From Octopus sinensis (lineage: Eukaryota): a stretch of 20,875 nucleotides of DNA. Made by a program: the position numbers and the translations under genes. Each line of letters starts with the position of its first letter. Positions within the stretch are counted from its first letter, which is position 1. Positions 10,457-20,489 of this stretch are shown piece by piece. The stretch spans positions 1 through 20,875 of the forward strand of contig NW_021823888.1 in the NCBI RefSeq assembly GCF_006345805.1, read 5' to 3'. A model generated the notes under the pieces. The model saw only the letters and a program-made list of their open reading frames with translations. It had not been told where the DNA came from and did not search any database.

Positions 10457-10730
10457 ATACCAGTAATAATTGGTGCACTTAGTTTTATGAGTAAATAACT
10501 AACAAACATTCTGAATAAGTTTGAATTTTCAGAAAAGAAATCAACCAACCCGCACATTACAAATACATTCTGTAAGTAGGACAGTAAAAATATGCAAGGC
10601 TTTTTCTGAAGTTTAAAATGTGACATTGCTTTCGTTATCTACATTCCAATGATGGAGCTTTGCAACGTTGTTAGAAATCAGCTCCTTCTTCAGGGGAAGA
10701 ACTTAGATAATTAAAAACAGAAGAAAACAC
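10457..10730 (+). mobile_element. 3' end fragment E of an RLE-type retrotransposon
   Basis: IPVIIGALSF...(frameshift) LQIHSVSRTVKICKAF...LKFKM*, with a 3'UTR like fragment A. Followed by (CA)n. Confidence 0.78.
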
Positions 10731-11061
10731 CCCCCCCACACACACACACACAGTCACTAAAAAAAGCAGTGGTGTATTTGGTAAAGAGGCGATTCTTTGA
10801 ATATAAGCTGAATAACTTCTCGAATATCAATGTCACAGGAAATATCCAGTTATTCTTCTGATCCTATCCACTAAAAGTGACCATTTATTCAAAATCGTTG
10901 TTCTATATATCTGAATAGTAAATCTGCCATGCAGGAATGTATTACAAAGAAAAAACAAGGCTGGAAACGGTAACACCAAATCTGCTTTTGAAGAACCGAA
11001 TCGAAATATCAAAGAGAGGAAAAATAAATTATTTTTAGTTGTAGTCGTAGAAGAAATCTAG

Positions 11062-11200
11062 ATGGCGAGTGGCTAGAATGGCTAGCGGTATTTCTTCCGG
11101 CGTTTTACGACCTGAGTTCAATTCCCACCGAAGTCAACTTTGCTTTTCATTCCTTCGAGGTCATTAAACAAAAGTCCAATCAAATACTTGAGTGGATATA
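11062..11200 (+). mobile_element. SINE family A, degraded copy
   Basis: CTGAGTTCAATTCCCACCGAAGTCAACTTTGCTTTTCATTCCTTCGAGGTC core. Confidence 0.7.
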
Positions 11201-11211
11201 TTACATTATCC

Positions 11212-11424
11212 TTTCTACTAGAGACACAAGGCCTGAAATTTTAGGGGAGGGAAGCTAGTTGATTACATCGACCCCAGTGCGTAACTGGTACTTATTTTAA
11301 CGACCTCGAAAGGATGAAACGCTAAGTCAACCTCAGCAGAATTTGAACACAGAAGGTAAAGACAGACGAAATACCACTAAGCATTTCACCGCGCGTGCTA
11401 ACGTTTCTGCCAGCTCGCCGCCTT
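11212..11424 (-). mobile_element. SINE family A, near full length
   Basis: Minus strand begins GGCGGCGAGCTGGCAGAAACGTTAGCACGC, contains TTTCATCCTTTCGAGGTCG...AAGTACCAG and ends CCTTGTGTCTCTAGTAGAAAG. Confidence 0.85.
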
Positions 11425-11432
11425 AAAAATAT

Positions 11433-11551
11433 ATTCTTTTCTACTCTAGGCACAAGGCCCGAAATTTGGGGAAGGGGGTCGATGAGATCGATCCCAGTAC
11501 GCGACTGGTATTTAATTTATCGACATCGAAAGGATGAAAGGCAAAGTCGAA
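11433..11551 (-). mobile_element. SINE family A, 5'-truncated copy
   Basis: Direct repeat of 11212-11330. Confidence 0.8.
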
Positions 11552-11789
11552 CCAGAATCACATATCCACGAATCTCCTTTTATCGCCAGACAATAAACCT
11601 GCCCTTTTCCTTAATGGCATGTCCTTGATTATAGAAATTATACCCCCTTCTTGCATGGAGGTGGTCTTAATTGGCGTTTGGTTATGATATATCTTCTAGA
11701 AGCAGGAATAATTTTTTTACAAATCGAGAATTCATGTTGTATGGTATTTAATGTACCTGCATTGCGGTAAACAGCACGCTGCCGGTATT

Positions 11790-11951
11790 ACAGTGAAGTA
11801 GCCTTCTCCTAGGTGAATTGCTTTACAGGGCTGGAGAGCTTCACGTGGCCTGGAGTCGTAGAATGTGTGTACACACTTACCCATAGTGTCACCCAGTGGG
11901 ATTGAACCCGGAAGTATGTCTTGGAAGCAAACATCGTACCACATAACCATG
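11790..11951 (-). mobile_element. Degraded tRNA-head/CORE-like SINE followed by an RTE-5'-like segment
   Basis: Minus strand: GGTTCAATCC B box, TGGGTAAGTGTGT (CORE-like), then GAAGCTCTCCAGCCCTG...CACCTAGGAGAAGG. Confidence 0.5.
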
Positions 11952-12112
11952 TTATTTAAACAAAATCACTCAGTGCGTTTTTATGCGTGTTTTAGACGTA
12001 GAAAGTGTGTAAAAGAGGGCAGTGGGCTGCTTGAGTGACACCACTCCCTGATTCGCTGCTACTGTTGATTCTCCAGCTCTTTTTCTTTCCCAGGTCCACT
12101 GTACTGAGATCA

Positions 12113-12377
12113 GTGGAGGCGCGTGGCTTAGTCGTTACGGCATTGAACTCATAATCGTAAGATTGTGGTTTCGATTCCTGGGCCGGGCGATGCATTGTGT
12201 TCTTAAGCAAAGCACTGCATTTCCCGTTGCTTCAGTCCACTCAGCTGGCAAAAAGGAGTAATCCTGCGAAGGACCGTATATATTCCCCTCCGGGTGGGGA
12301 ATTTCTACGTGATGGAAACTGGGAAATCGGCCCTTAAGAATCGGTTTGACGCGAGAAGGTAGCCTTTACTTTACTTT
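12113..12377 (+). mobile_element. tRNA-derived CORE-like SINE
   Basis: A box TGGCTTAGTCG, B box GTTTCGATTCC, TGTGTTCTTAAGCAAAGCACT core and (CTTTA) tail. The head is shared with 20007-20310 and the 3' part with 20490-20797. Confidence 0.85.
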
Positions 12378-12827
12378 CGTATTCAGATCTCGAAGTCGAA
12401 AGAGATGGGTTCGGATTCAGTGGAGTGATATTGAGTGCAGGTAGGAAGAAAAGCAAATCGGTGTCAAGAATCGATTACCACAGCCACATCAAGGCAGGCC
12501 AATATTTCTCAGGATCTTCGGACACGAAAATATTACCAACATCATTTGACTGCGTTATTTAAATGCATTCAACTGACCACGCTCAGTTGCTGTTTTTTTT
12601 TCTCCTGGATTATTTTTGTTTAAATAAATACATTTCCTACCAGCAAAAACCTTAAAGATAAACAAAAAACAATATTTGGGGACAGTTAAAAACAGAATAT
12701 TTAAATACAGGGTAATCCCTCTCAACTAGGAACAGAAAGACGTCAGCGAAAGACACCGCTATCAGAAGAGAGATGCTGTAAGTAAAAGGATTAGCCAGAA
12801 ATTTAATAGAAACTAATCAACAATTTA

Positions 12828-13010
12828 AAGCAGTGGAGTGAGAGATTCGTTAGCAGGTCAGAAAAAATGTGTATCGACATTTCTTCCAGCTCGTTACGTT
12901 CTGAGTTCAAATCCAGCCAGGGTCAACTTTGTCTTTTATTCCTTAGGTGTCAATTAAAATAAATTACCGGTCAAGTACTGCGGTCGATGTTATCGACTTC
13001 TCTCCTCTCA
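12828..13010 (+). mobile_element. SINE family A, diverged copy
   Basis: TTACGTTCTGAGTTCAAATCCAGCCAGGGTCAACTTTG ... GTACTGCGGTCGATGTTATCGACT. Confidence 0.75.
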
Positions 13011-13619
13011 TCTGACTTTGCTAACGCTGAACCCTGCAGTGGACGAGAGCCTTGTTCGGTGGAATTTCTTGTTATTTCTGTCATTTATACATCATGGAAA
13101 CCACCAGGACCGGATTTAAACCGGGGATGGGGGGGTCCGGGGAACTTCAAGATCGGTCGGCCCCTTATATTCAAGAATTAAAATCTTAGAAAATTACCAA
13201 ATTTAAATCTCAAAACCCCTCCGCTTCATGTAACTGGATTTGATGAGTTAACAGAGAAAGTTTAAATAAAAGACTGATACACTTTTCAGAATTCAAATTT
13301 CTTTTTTCACACATCCATTTGTGGTGTTTGACCTTTCCTTCACTGAGAAAAGCACAGTGAAGGAAGGAAAAGGGGTGAGATTTTTTTCCTTTTAATGCAA
13401 CTTACAAATGTTAGACATATTTTCTAAGCTTGAAGATGATCAAATTAGACATTAGTTTGGAAAAAAAATGATGTAGAATCCAACAGATGGTTAAACACCC
13501 AAAATTATCCTAATATTTTATTAGCCACCTTAATTACAATTGGGTCAAATTTGAGGAAAATTTTCTTGGAAAAAAGAAGTACCTGTTACCTATGTTTCAA
13601 ACTCTCAACTTCAACAACT

Positions 13620-13830
13620 ACTCTTTTACTTGTTTCAGTTATTTGACTGTGGCTATGCTGGAACACCGCCTTTAGTCGAGCAAGTCGAACCAAGGACTTA
13701 ATCTTTGGAAGCCGAGTACTTATTCTATTGGACTCTTTTTGCCGAACAACTAAGTTACGGGGACGTAAACACACCAGCATCGGTTATCAAATGATGTTGG
13801 GGGGACAAACACAGACACACAAACATATAT
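13620..13830 (-). mobile_element. Dispersed repeat (SINE-like) family B
   Basis: Reverse complement (...GATAACCGATGCTGGTGTGTTTACGTCCCCGTAAC...) matches 18410-18445 (GACAACCGATGTTGGTTTGTTTACGTCCCATAAC). Confidence 0.7.
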
Positions 13831-14056
13831 ATACACACACACAATAATATATATTATATACCACATATATTAATCATAATATATATATAATATTACGTAT
13901 ATATATATATATATATATATACGTATATTTATATATATATATAATATAAATAAATATAAGGTTGTTTTCGCCCTTGCTCCCTTAATGTGTATTATATATA
14001 GTATATATATATATTATTATATATATAGGAAAAAAAGCAACGAGAATGGATTAAAA

Positions 14057-14141
14057 TCTCGGTACAATTGTTTCGTACGAGGACATCTTAATAAGCTACA
14101 AAAAATGCAGTAAATACGAGGCTCGTACTCGTCAGCCGAAA
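14057..14141 (-). ncRNA. Type I hammerhead ribozyme (intact core, palindromic short stem III)
   Basis: Minus strand: TTTCGG-CTGACGA-GTACGAG-(40 nt)-CTCGTAC-GAAAC-AATT-GTA^CCGAGA. All CUGANGA, GAAA and NUH positions are present; stem II is 7 bp and stem I 6 bp. Confidence 0.85.
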
Positions 14142-14212
14142 AAACATCAGAGAATTCCCAAACATCAAAGGGGTAGGTACAAATGAGGGTGTAAGATTAC
14201 TGCATTAGAAGA

Positions 14213-14591
14213 AAGTTCGATTCCTGGAGATCGATGAAAGGTCTTGAACTTACAGAATTTGTGCATGTCTATATAGCTCATATTGAAATTGTTAATCAGG
14301 TTATGTGAAGAAATTTCGGATACAGTCATGCGAATTTCTGAAATCCGAGTAAGAAAGAAAGTGACTGTCATATCGTGTAGAGGAACAGATTGTTATTGAA
14401 ATTTACAAGAATCACAGATAAGTTCGATTCCTGGAGGTCCGATAAAAAGTCTTGAACTTACAGAATATGTGCATGTCCATATAGTTCATAGTGAATTATT
14501 AATCAAGTTATGTGAAGAAATTTTGGGTACAATCATGCGAAAATATCAGGGAATCCGAATGAGAAGCAAAATGACAGTCTTATTCTGTAGA
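14213..14591. repeat. Diverged direct repeat, ~170 bp x2 (period 207)
   Basis: AAGTTCGATTCCTGGAG...GTCTTGAACTTACAGAAT...TTATGTGAAGAAATTT at 14213-14381 and 14420-14591. Confidence 0.9.
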
Positions 14592-14751
14592 TTTTAATCC
14601 ATTCTTGTTGCTTTTTTCCTATTTGTAATCACCCCACTTGTCGTATGGTTAACACCATATAGATTTCCGGTGCTCATTAGAATTCACTTGAATCTCAATA
14701 CTTAAACCGAATATATATATAGTAATATATATATTTTTATTATATAGAAGG

Positions 14752-14802
14752 AGCTTCTACAGGACTAGTACTGTTTCATTCAAGAGAAATCTTCAGGAAG
14801 CT
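14752..14802 (-). ncRNA. Type I hammerhead-like motif at the left arm end
   Basis: Minus strand: AGCTTC-CTGAAGA-TTTC-tctt-GAAT-GAAACAG-tactagtc-CTGTA^GAAGCT. Stem I is 6 bp and stem III 4 bp; stem II is weak with a U.U at its base. Confidence 0.65.
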
Positions 14803-15142
14803 ATTTAACAAGATTGTATTAGCATTTATACATTTAGGCAGGTTTAAGGGAGTGGTGGTGGGGGACTTTTTGGGGGTAGGCATAGCGCAATATCATACTT
14901 GGGGGAGTGGTCAAGGTTCAGTGGTAAGTTAGATGAAAGAATAGATCAATAAAAAAAATAAAAAAATAAAAAAAAAAATAAAAATAAAAAATAAAAAATA
15001 GAAAAATAAAAAAATAAAATGTGTGCACATACATACATAAACACATATACATACACACACACATACGTACACATGTGTGCCTATACATACCTACACATAC
15101 ACACATACACATACATACACATATATATATATATATACATAC

Positions 15143-15198
<56 letters not shown>

Positions 15199-15509
15199 CA
15201 CAATCCAATACAGGCCCATTCCCTAATTTTAATTTTATTATCTTCATTTATTACTTTTGTATCTTGATCGCTAGAGCTAAGGATCCTGGCGAGGCAGCAT
15301 GTCCAAATTGTCTGTCTACTAGAAGGCAAGTACTCGTTCCCACACGCACACTCATTAGCAACGTACATACACCATTCGTACACTCATACACATACACGTA
15401 CGCACGCAGTTATTTCATACATCAAACATCTACATACGTTCACACGTTCACGATATACACATACGTACTCGTACCTACAGATTCATGTCTACACTTAGGA
15501 GGCTAGTCT

Positions 15510-15963
15510 CTATATACATACACCAATAAATATACTATATATATATATAGTATACATACATATATATACATATACACATACACACACACACACACATATA
15601 TATATACTCCTACATACAGATACATACCTATATATATAGATATAGATATATATAGACACACACATACATGTACACATATATAGATATATCATATACATAC
15701 ATATATATATAATATACATATATATATATACATATATACATACATACATACACACACACCATATATTACACACACATACATACACATAATATACATACAC
15801 AAACATATATACACACTATATTATATATATACATATATACACACATACATACACACAACTACATACATATACACACAAACACATACATACGTAAACATAC
15901 ATACATACCTCCATTCATCCATACTTACATGCACTTATACGCATACACACACCCCCATCTATA

Positions 15964-16003
<40 letters not shown>

Positions 16004-16637
16004 CACACTCACACATACATATACAAATATACGCCCACACATACATACATACATACACGTATACGCATACACGCACATACACATATACATGCGTACCCAT
16101 ACACGTGCCCACACGCACATGCATCCATATGTATACACACACACACATATATACACGTGTTCAAGCATACATACATACTCATACACGCACACATACTTAC
16201 ATATACATATATGCACACACTTCCACACATATATACATACACATATACATGCATACATACATATATGCATACATACACACACGCGCACTCATATATACAT
16301 ATACATATACACACATACACATATATACATATACTATATATTATAATATATATATATAGACATATATATATAATATATATATATATATATACACACAACA
16401 TCCACACACACATACATACATATACACATACACATATATACAACATATACACATACACATACATGCACACATACACACACTACACTACACCTACATACTA
16501 TATATATATATTATTATATATACACATATATCACACACATACACATATACACATACATATATACACACACATACTACATATACATACACACACACCATAC
16601 ATATATACACGGATACACAGACCCATCATATATATAG

Positions 16638-16672
<35 letters not shown>

Positions 16673-17075
16673 TATACACATGCATATACTTATATTCTAC
16701 ATACTCACATATAAACATATATATATACACACACACACATATATATACATGTACACACACATACACTATACATACCTATATACACATACACACATACACA
16801 TATATATATATACATACATATACACATATACATACATATATATACATACATACATATATATACATACACATGTATGTATATATATATATATATGTACATA
16901 CATACATATATATACATATACATGTGTTTGGTGTGTATATGTATGTAGTTGTGTGTATGTATGTGTGTATATATGTATATATATATATGTGTGTGTATAT
17001 GTTTGTGTATGTATATATATGTGTATGTATGTGTGTGTATATATGGGTGTGTGTGTATGTATGTATGTATATATG

Positions 17076-17106
<31 letters not shown>

Positions 17107-17144
17107 GTATGTATGTGTATATATAATATATATGTGTACATGTA

Positions 17145-17181
<37 letters not shown>

Positions 17182-17293
17182 GTATGTATCTGTATGTAGG
17201 ATATATATTGTGTGTGTGTGTGTGTATGTGTATATGTGTAGATATGTTGTATATTATATATATATATATGTATATTTATTGGGTATATATATA
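15510..17293. repeat. ~1.8-kb degenerate (TA)/(CA)/(TACA) low-complexity tract
   Basis: Directly visible; source of all His/Thr/Tyr/Ile ORFs here. Confidence 0.95.
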
Positions 17294-17605
17294 GACTAGC
17301 CTCCTAAAGTGTAGACATGAATCTGTAGGTACGAGTACGTATGTGTATATACGTGAACGTATGTAGATGTTTGTATGTATGATATATAACGGCGTGCGTA
17401 CGTTATGTGTATGAGTGTACGAATGGGTGTATGTACGTGCTAATGGTGTGCGTGTGGGAACGAGTACTTGCCTTCTTAGACAGACAATTTGGACATGCTG
17501 CCATCGCCAGGATCCTTAGCTCTAGCGATCAAAGATAACAAAAGTAATAAATGAAGATAATAAAATTAAAATTAGGGAATGGGCCTGTATTGGATTGTGT
17601 ATATA

Positions 17606-17658
<53 letters not shown>

Positions 17659-17818
17659 GTGTATGTATATATTATATATATATGTGTATGTATGTGTATG
17701 TGTGGTGTAGGTATGTATAGGCACACATGTGTACGTATGTGTGGTGTATGTATATGTGTTTTGTATGTATGTGCACACATTTTATTTTTTATTTTTCTAT
17801 TTTTATTTTTTTATTTTT

Positions 17819-17858
<40 letters not shown>

Positions 17859-18008
17859 TTATCATTCTTCATCTAACTTACCACTGGACTCCTTGACCAC
17901 TCCCCCAAGTATGATATTTTGCGCTATGCCTACCCCCAAAAAAGTCCCCCACCACCACTCCTTTAAACCTGCCTAAATGTATAAATGCTAATACAATTCT
18001 TGTTAAAT

Positions 18009-18057
18009 AGCTCCTGAAGATTTCTTTGAATGAAACAGTACTAGTCCTGTAGAAGCT
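18009..18057 (+). ncRNA. Type I hammerhead-like motif at the right arm end
   Basis: AGCTC-CTGAAGA-TTTC-ttt-GAAT-GAAACAG-tactagtc-CTGTA^GAAGCT, then AATAAA at 18068-18073. Confidence 0.6.
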
Positions 18058-18139
18058 CCTTCTATATAATAAATTAATTTTACTCTGCTATGTATTGAGT
18101 ACCTTACTTACTGTGGTTAACCCCGGATCAACCCGGACC

Positions 18140-18173
<34 letters not shown>

Positions 18174-18374
18174 TATATATATATATATATGCGCATACAT
18201 TAGATATAGAAATATGTATCCATATATATATATTTGTATATATACATAGATATATAAATATATATACAAATATGTAAATATATATATAGAGAGAGAGAGA
18301 CAGAGAGGGAGGGAATATTAAAAAATGTATATGTATGAATGTATGTATGTAAATGAATAATATATGCATATATC

Positions 18375-18576
18375 TGTGTGTGTGTGTGTATTAATCCACA
18401 ACCACCGCTTGACAACCGATGTTGGTTTGTTTACGTCCCATAACCAAGCTGTTTAACAAAATAATCAGTTAGAAGAATCACCAGACTTGACATCAATTTG
18501 TTCGGCTAAACTATTCAAGACGCTGCTACAGCGTCGCTGAATTTCAATGATTGAAATAAATAACAGAATAAAAGAT
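18375..18576 (+). mobile_element. Dispersed repeat family B, diverged copy
   Basis: Inverted similarity to 13620-13830. Confidence 0.65.
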
Positions 18577-18627
18577 TAGATATTATAGCATTACCAATAT
18601 CGTTATTAATATTACTAAATTCATTAC

Positions 18628-18846
18628 GGCAGCGAACTACTAGAATCGTTGGCACGTCGGACAAAATGCTTAACAGCACTTCGTCCGTCTTTACGTTCTG
18701 AGTTCAAATATCACCAAGGTCGGCTTTGACTTTAGTTCTTTCGAGGTCGATAAAATAAATACCAGTTGAGTACTGAGGTCGGTGTAATCGACTTGCCCTT
18801 CCTCGAAATTGCTGACCTTGTGCCAAAAGTTAAAATCAATATTACT
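18628..18846 (+). mobile_element. SINE family A, near full length
   Basis: GGCAGCGAACTACTAGAATCGTTGGCACG...TTACGTTCTGAGTTCAAAT...TTCGAGGTCGATAAAATAAATACCAG...CCTTGTGCC. Confidence 0.85.
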
Positions 18847-18857
18847 AAAGTCAATAG

Positions 18858-18962
18858 AAATTCCACCGAGGTCGACTTTGCCTTTCATCCTTTCGGGAAT
18901 TGATTAAATAAGTACCAGTTAACTATTGGGGTTGACGTAATCCACTAGCCCCACCTCTCTCG
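18858..18962 (+). mobile_element. SINE family A, truncated copy
   Basis: AATTCCACCGAGGTCGACTTTGCCTTTCATCCTTTCGGG...AAGTACCAG. Confidence 0.8.
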
Positions 18963-19286
18963 AACTTGGAAGTAGGGGAAATGAAGAAGATATTCTCTCG
19001 GGAATATAAGAGATTGTTGAGGTTGGCTTTGAAGTCTAAACTGAAAGGGTGGAATAAATTCCGAGCAATAAATTCATGGCCAGTTTGCTCTCCTGAGATA
19101 TGGAGCCTCGATGGAATTCCTTGGATAAGAAAGCAAGAAGACAATTGACAATAAACAGTGCGTTCCACCGCGAAAATAATGCTGATAAGTCACACCTTAC
19201 GAGAAAGAATGGAGGGCGGAGATTGAGAAATTGTAAGGATTGTATACAGGTAGAGGAAAACAATATTTTTTGGTACGTTTATATAT

Positions 19287-19586
19287 TTGTTTTGCAAGAT
19301 TTTCGATGTGAAATCGTGTGTTGAAACAGATATTGTTGTATTTAGGAATGGTCATTTTGCCAGTTTAGCCAATAAAAACACACGCACTATATATTTTGTT
19401 ATTTGGTGTTACTTTGCTTCAGCGTTATTTATTTTTTACATTAATCTTAATCTTAATCTTATTTCACCAGAGTTCTTTCGTCACACTCCTGTGACCGCAT
19501 CAGTGGTCCTTTGCTTTCTTCTTTCTTATTTGGCTTATAGAGAATGCGGAGCAAGCATTACTTGTATAGGTAAGGAAGCTAGGTCA
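19287..19586 (-). mobile_element. ~300-bp insertion (Penelope pLTR-like) flanked by TTTATATAT direct repeats
   Basis: TTTATATAT at 19278-19286 and 19587-19595. The segment interrupts the LINE frame (WYV.../YEKLRR) and contains a hammerhead-like motif. Confidence 0.6.
19466..19507 (-). ncRNA. Variant minimal type I hammerhead-like motif
   Basis: Minus strand: ACCA-CTGATGC-G-GTCAC-aggagt-GTGAC-GAAAG-AA-CTC^TGGT. It has an A9-to-C change and a very short stem III. Confidence 0.5.
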
Positions 19587-20006
19587 TTTATATATGAAAA
19601 ACTGCGAAGAGAAAATGAATAACAAAACAAAGACAGAAACAAAGAAACAAAGAAGGAAAATAACCGGAAAGATTGGAAGACGCACAGTGAAATCTTGAGA
19701 GAGATATAAAGGGACATAACTAAGGTGATTTTGATAGCAAAGAAAAAGCGACTACAAAAAGAGGCCTTGATGTGTTCAGTACCTGAACAAATATGGAGAA
19801 CTAAATACATCAAGCGCAAAATTGGTGAATCAGCAGAATCTGACATATGTAGAATGTGCGGTGAAACTGGAAATGCAGCCTGGCATATTTTAAGCGAATG
19901 GTGTAGATTGGACGAGAAGAAATAGAAAAGACATGACAATTTCGCCCGAATTGTCCCCTGTGAATTATGCCAGAAGTTTGGATTGGGAAGAGCGAGAAAA
20001 TTGTAT

Positions 20007-20310
20007 GAGAGAGAACACTCCGTCGGTGGCGACGATGAGGGTCCCAGCTGATACGATCAACGGAACAGCTTGCTCGGGAAATTAACGTGCATGTGGCTGA
20101 GCACTCCACAAACACGTGTACCCTTAACGTAGTTCTCGGGGAGATTCAGCGTGACACAGAGTGTCACAAGGCTGGCCCTTTGAAATACAGGTACAAGAGC
20201 AACGTAAAATAAAGTGTCTTGCTCGGGGACACAACGCGCCGCCGGGAATTGAACTCACGACCTTACGATCATGAGCCAAACGCCTCTAACCACTAAGCCA
20301 CGCGCCTTCA
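20007..20310 (-). mobile_element. tRNA-derived CORE-like SINE with 14-bp TSD
   Basis: Minus strand GAAGGCGCGTGGCTTAGTGGTTAGAGG...GAGTTCAATTCC...TGTGTCCCCGAGCAAGACACTT. TSD CGAGAAAATTGTAT at 19993-20006 and 20311-20324. Confidence 0.92.
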
Positions 20311-20489
20311 CGAGAAAATTGTATAAGCATGTGTGAAAGGGTGTGGTAGAAAACGATAGACTTAAGGTCGTTTGGGACTGCGTTATCCAGTGTAATCATA
20401 AGGTCGAAGATCGGAAACCCAATATTGTATTCGTAGACAAGGAAGAGAAGTCATGCTTGATCAAAGACATCGCTGACCCTGGTGACAGT

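Larger units (their letters stand above)
14025..14710 (-). mobile_element. Non-coding Penelope-like fragment with hammerhead and inverted terminal segment, between (TA)n tracts
   Basis: Hammerhead at 14057-14141. 14025-14059 is the reverse complement of 14589-14622 (one substitution, one indel). Internal ~170-bp direct repeat. Confidence 0.65.
14736..18073. repeat. Large inverted repeat: arms 14736-15884 and 16922-18073, ~1.04-kb low-complexity spacer
   Basis: Unique segments 14745-14945 / 17865-18065 and 15200-15510 / 17293-17600 are reverse complements. The CA-rich to TG-rich strand skew flips near 16900. Confidence 0.95.

Noticed and set aside
12113-12190. Possible tRNA genes, likewise at 20240-20310 and 20725-20797
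   Set aside because: A/B boxes are present but acceptor stems are not intact, and they continue into SINE bodies with tails or TSDs.
13105-13370. hAT-like terminus CAGGACCGGATTTA and hairpin TTCCTTCACTG/CAGTGAAGGAA
   Set aside because: No matching second TIR or TSD was found, so no element can be defined.
15255-15345. Peptide [20 protein letters not shown], faintly like a Penelope GIY-YIG tail
   Set aside because: Too short, opposite in orientation to the hammerhead, and the frame is not kept in the other arm.
15915-17299. ORFs up to 261 aa in the inverted-repeat interior
   Set aside because: Pure low-complexity translation.
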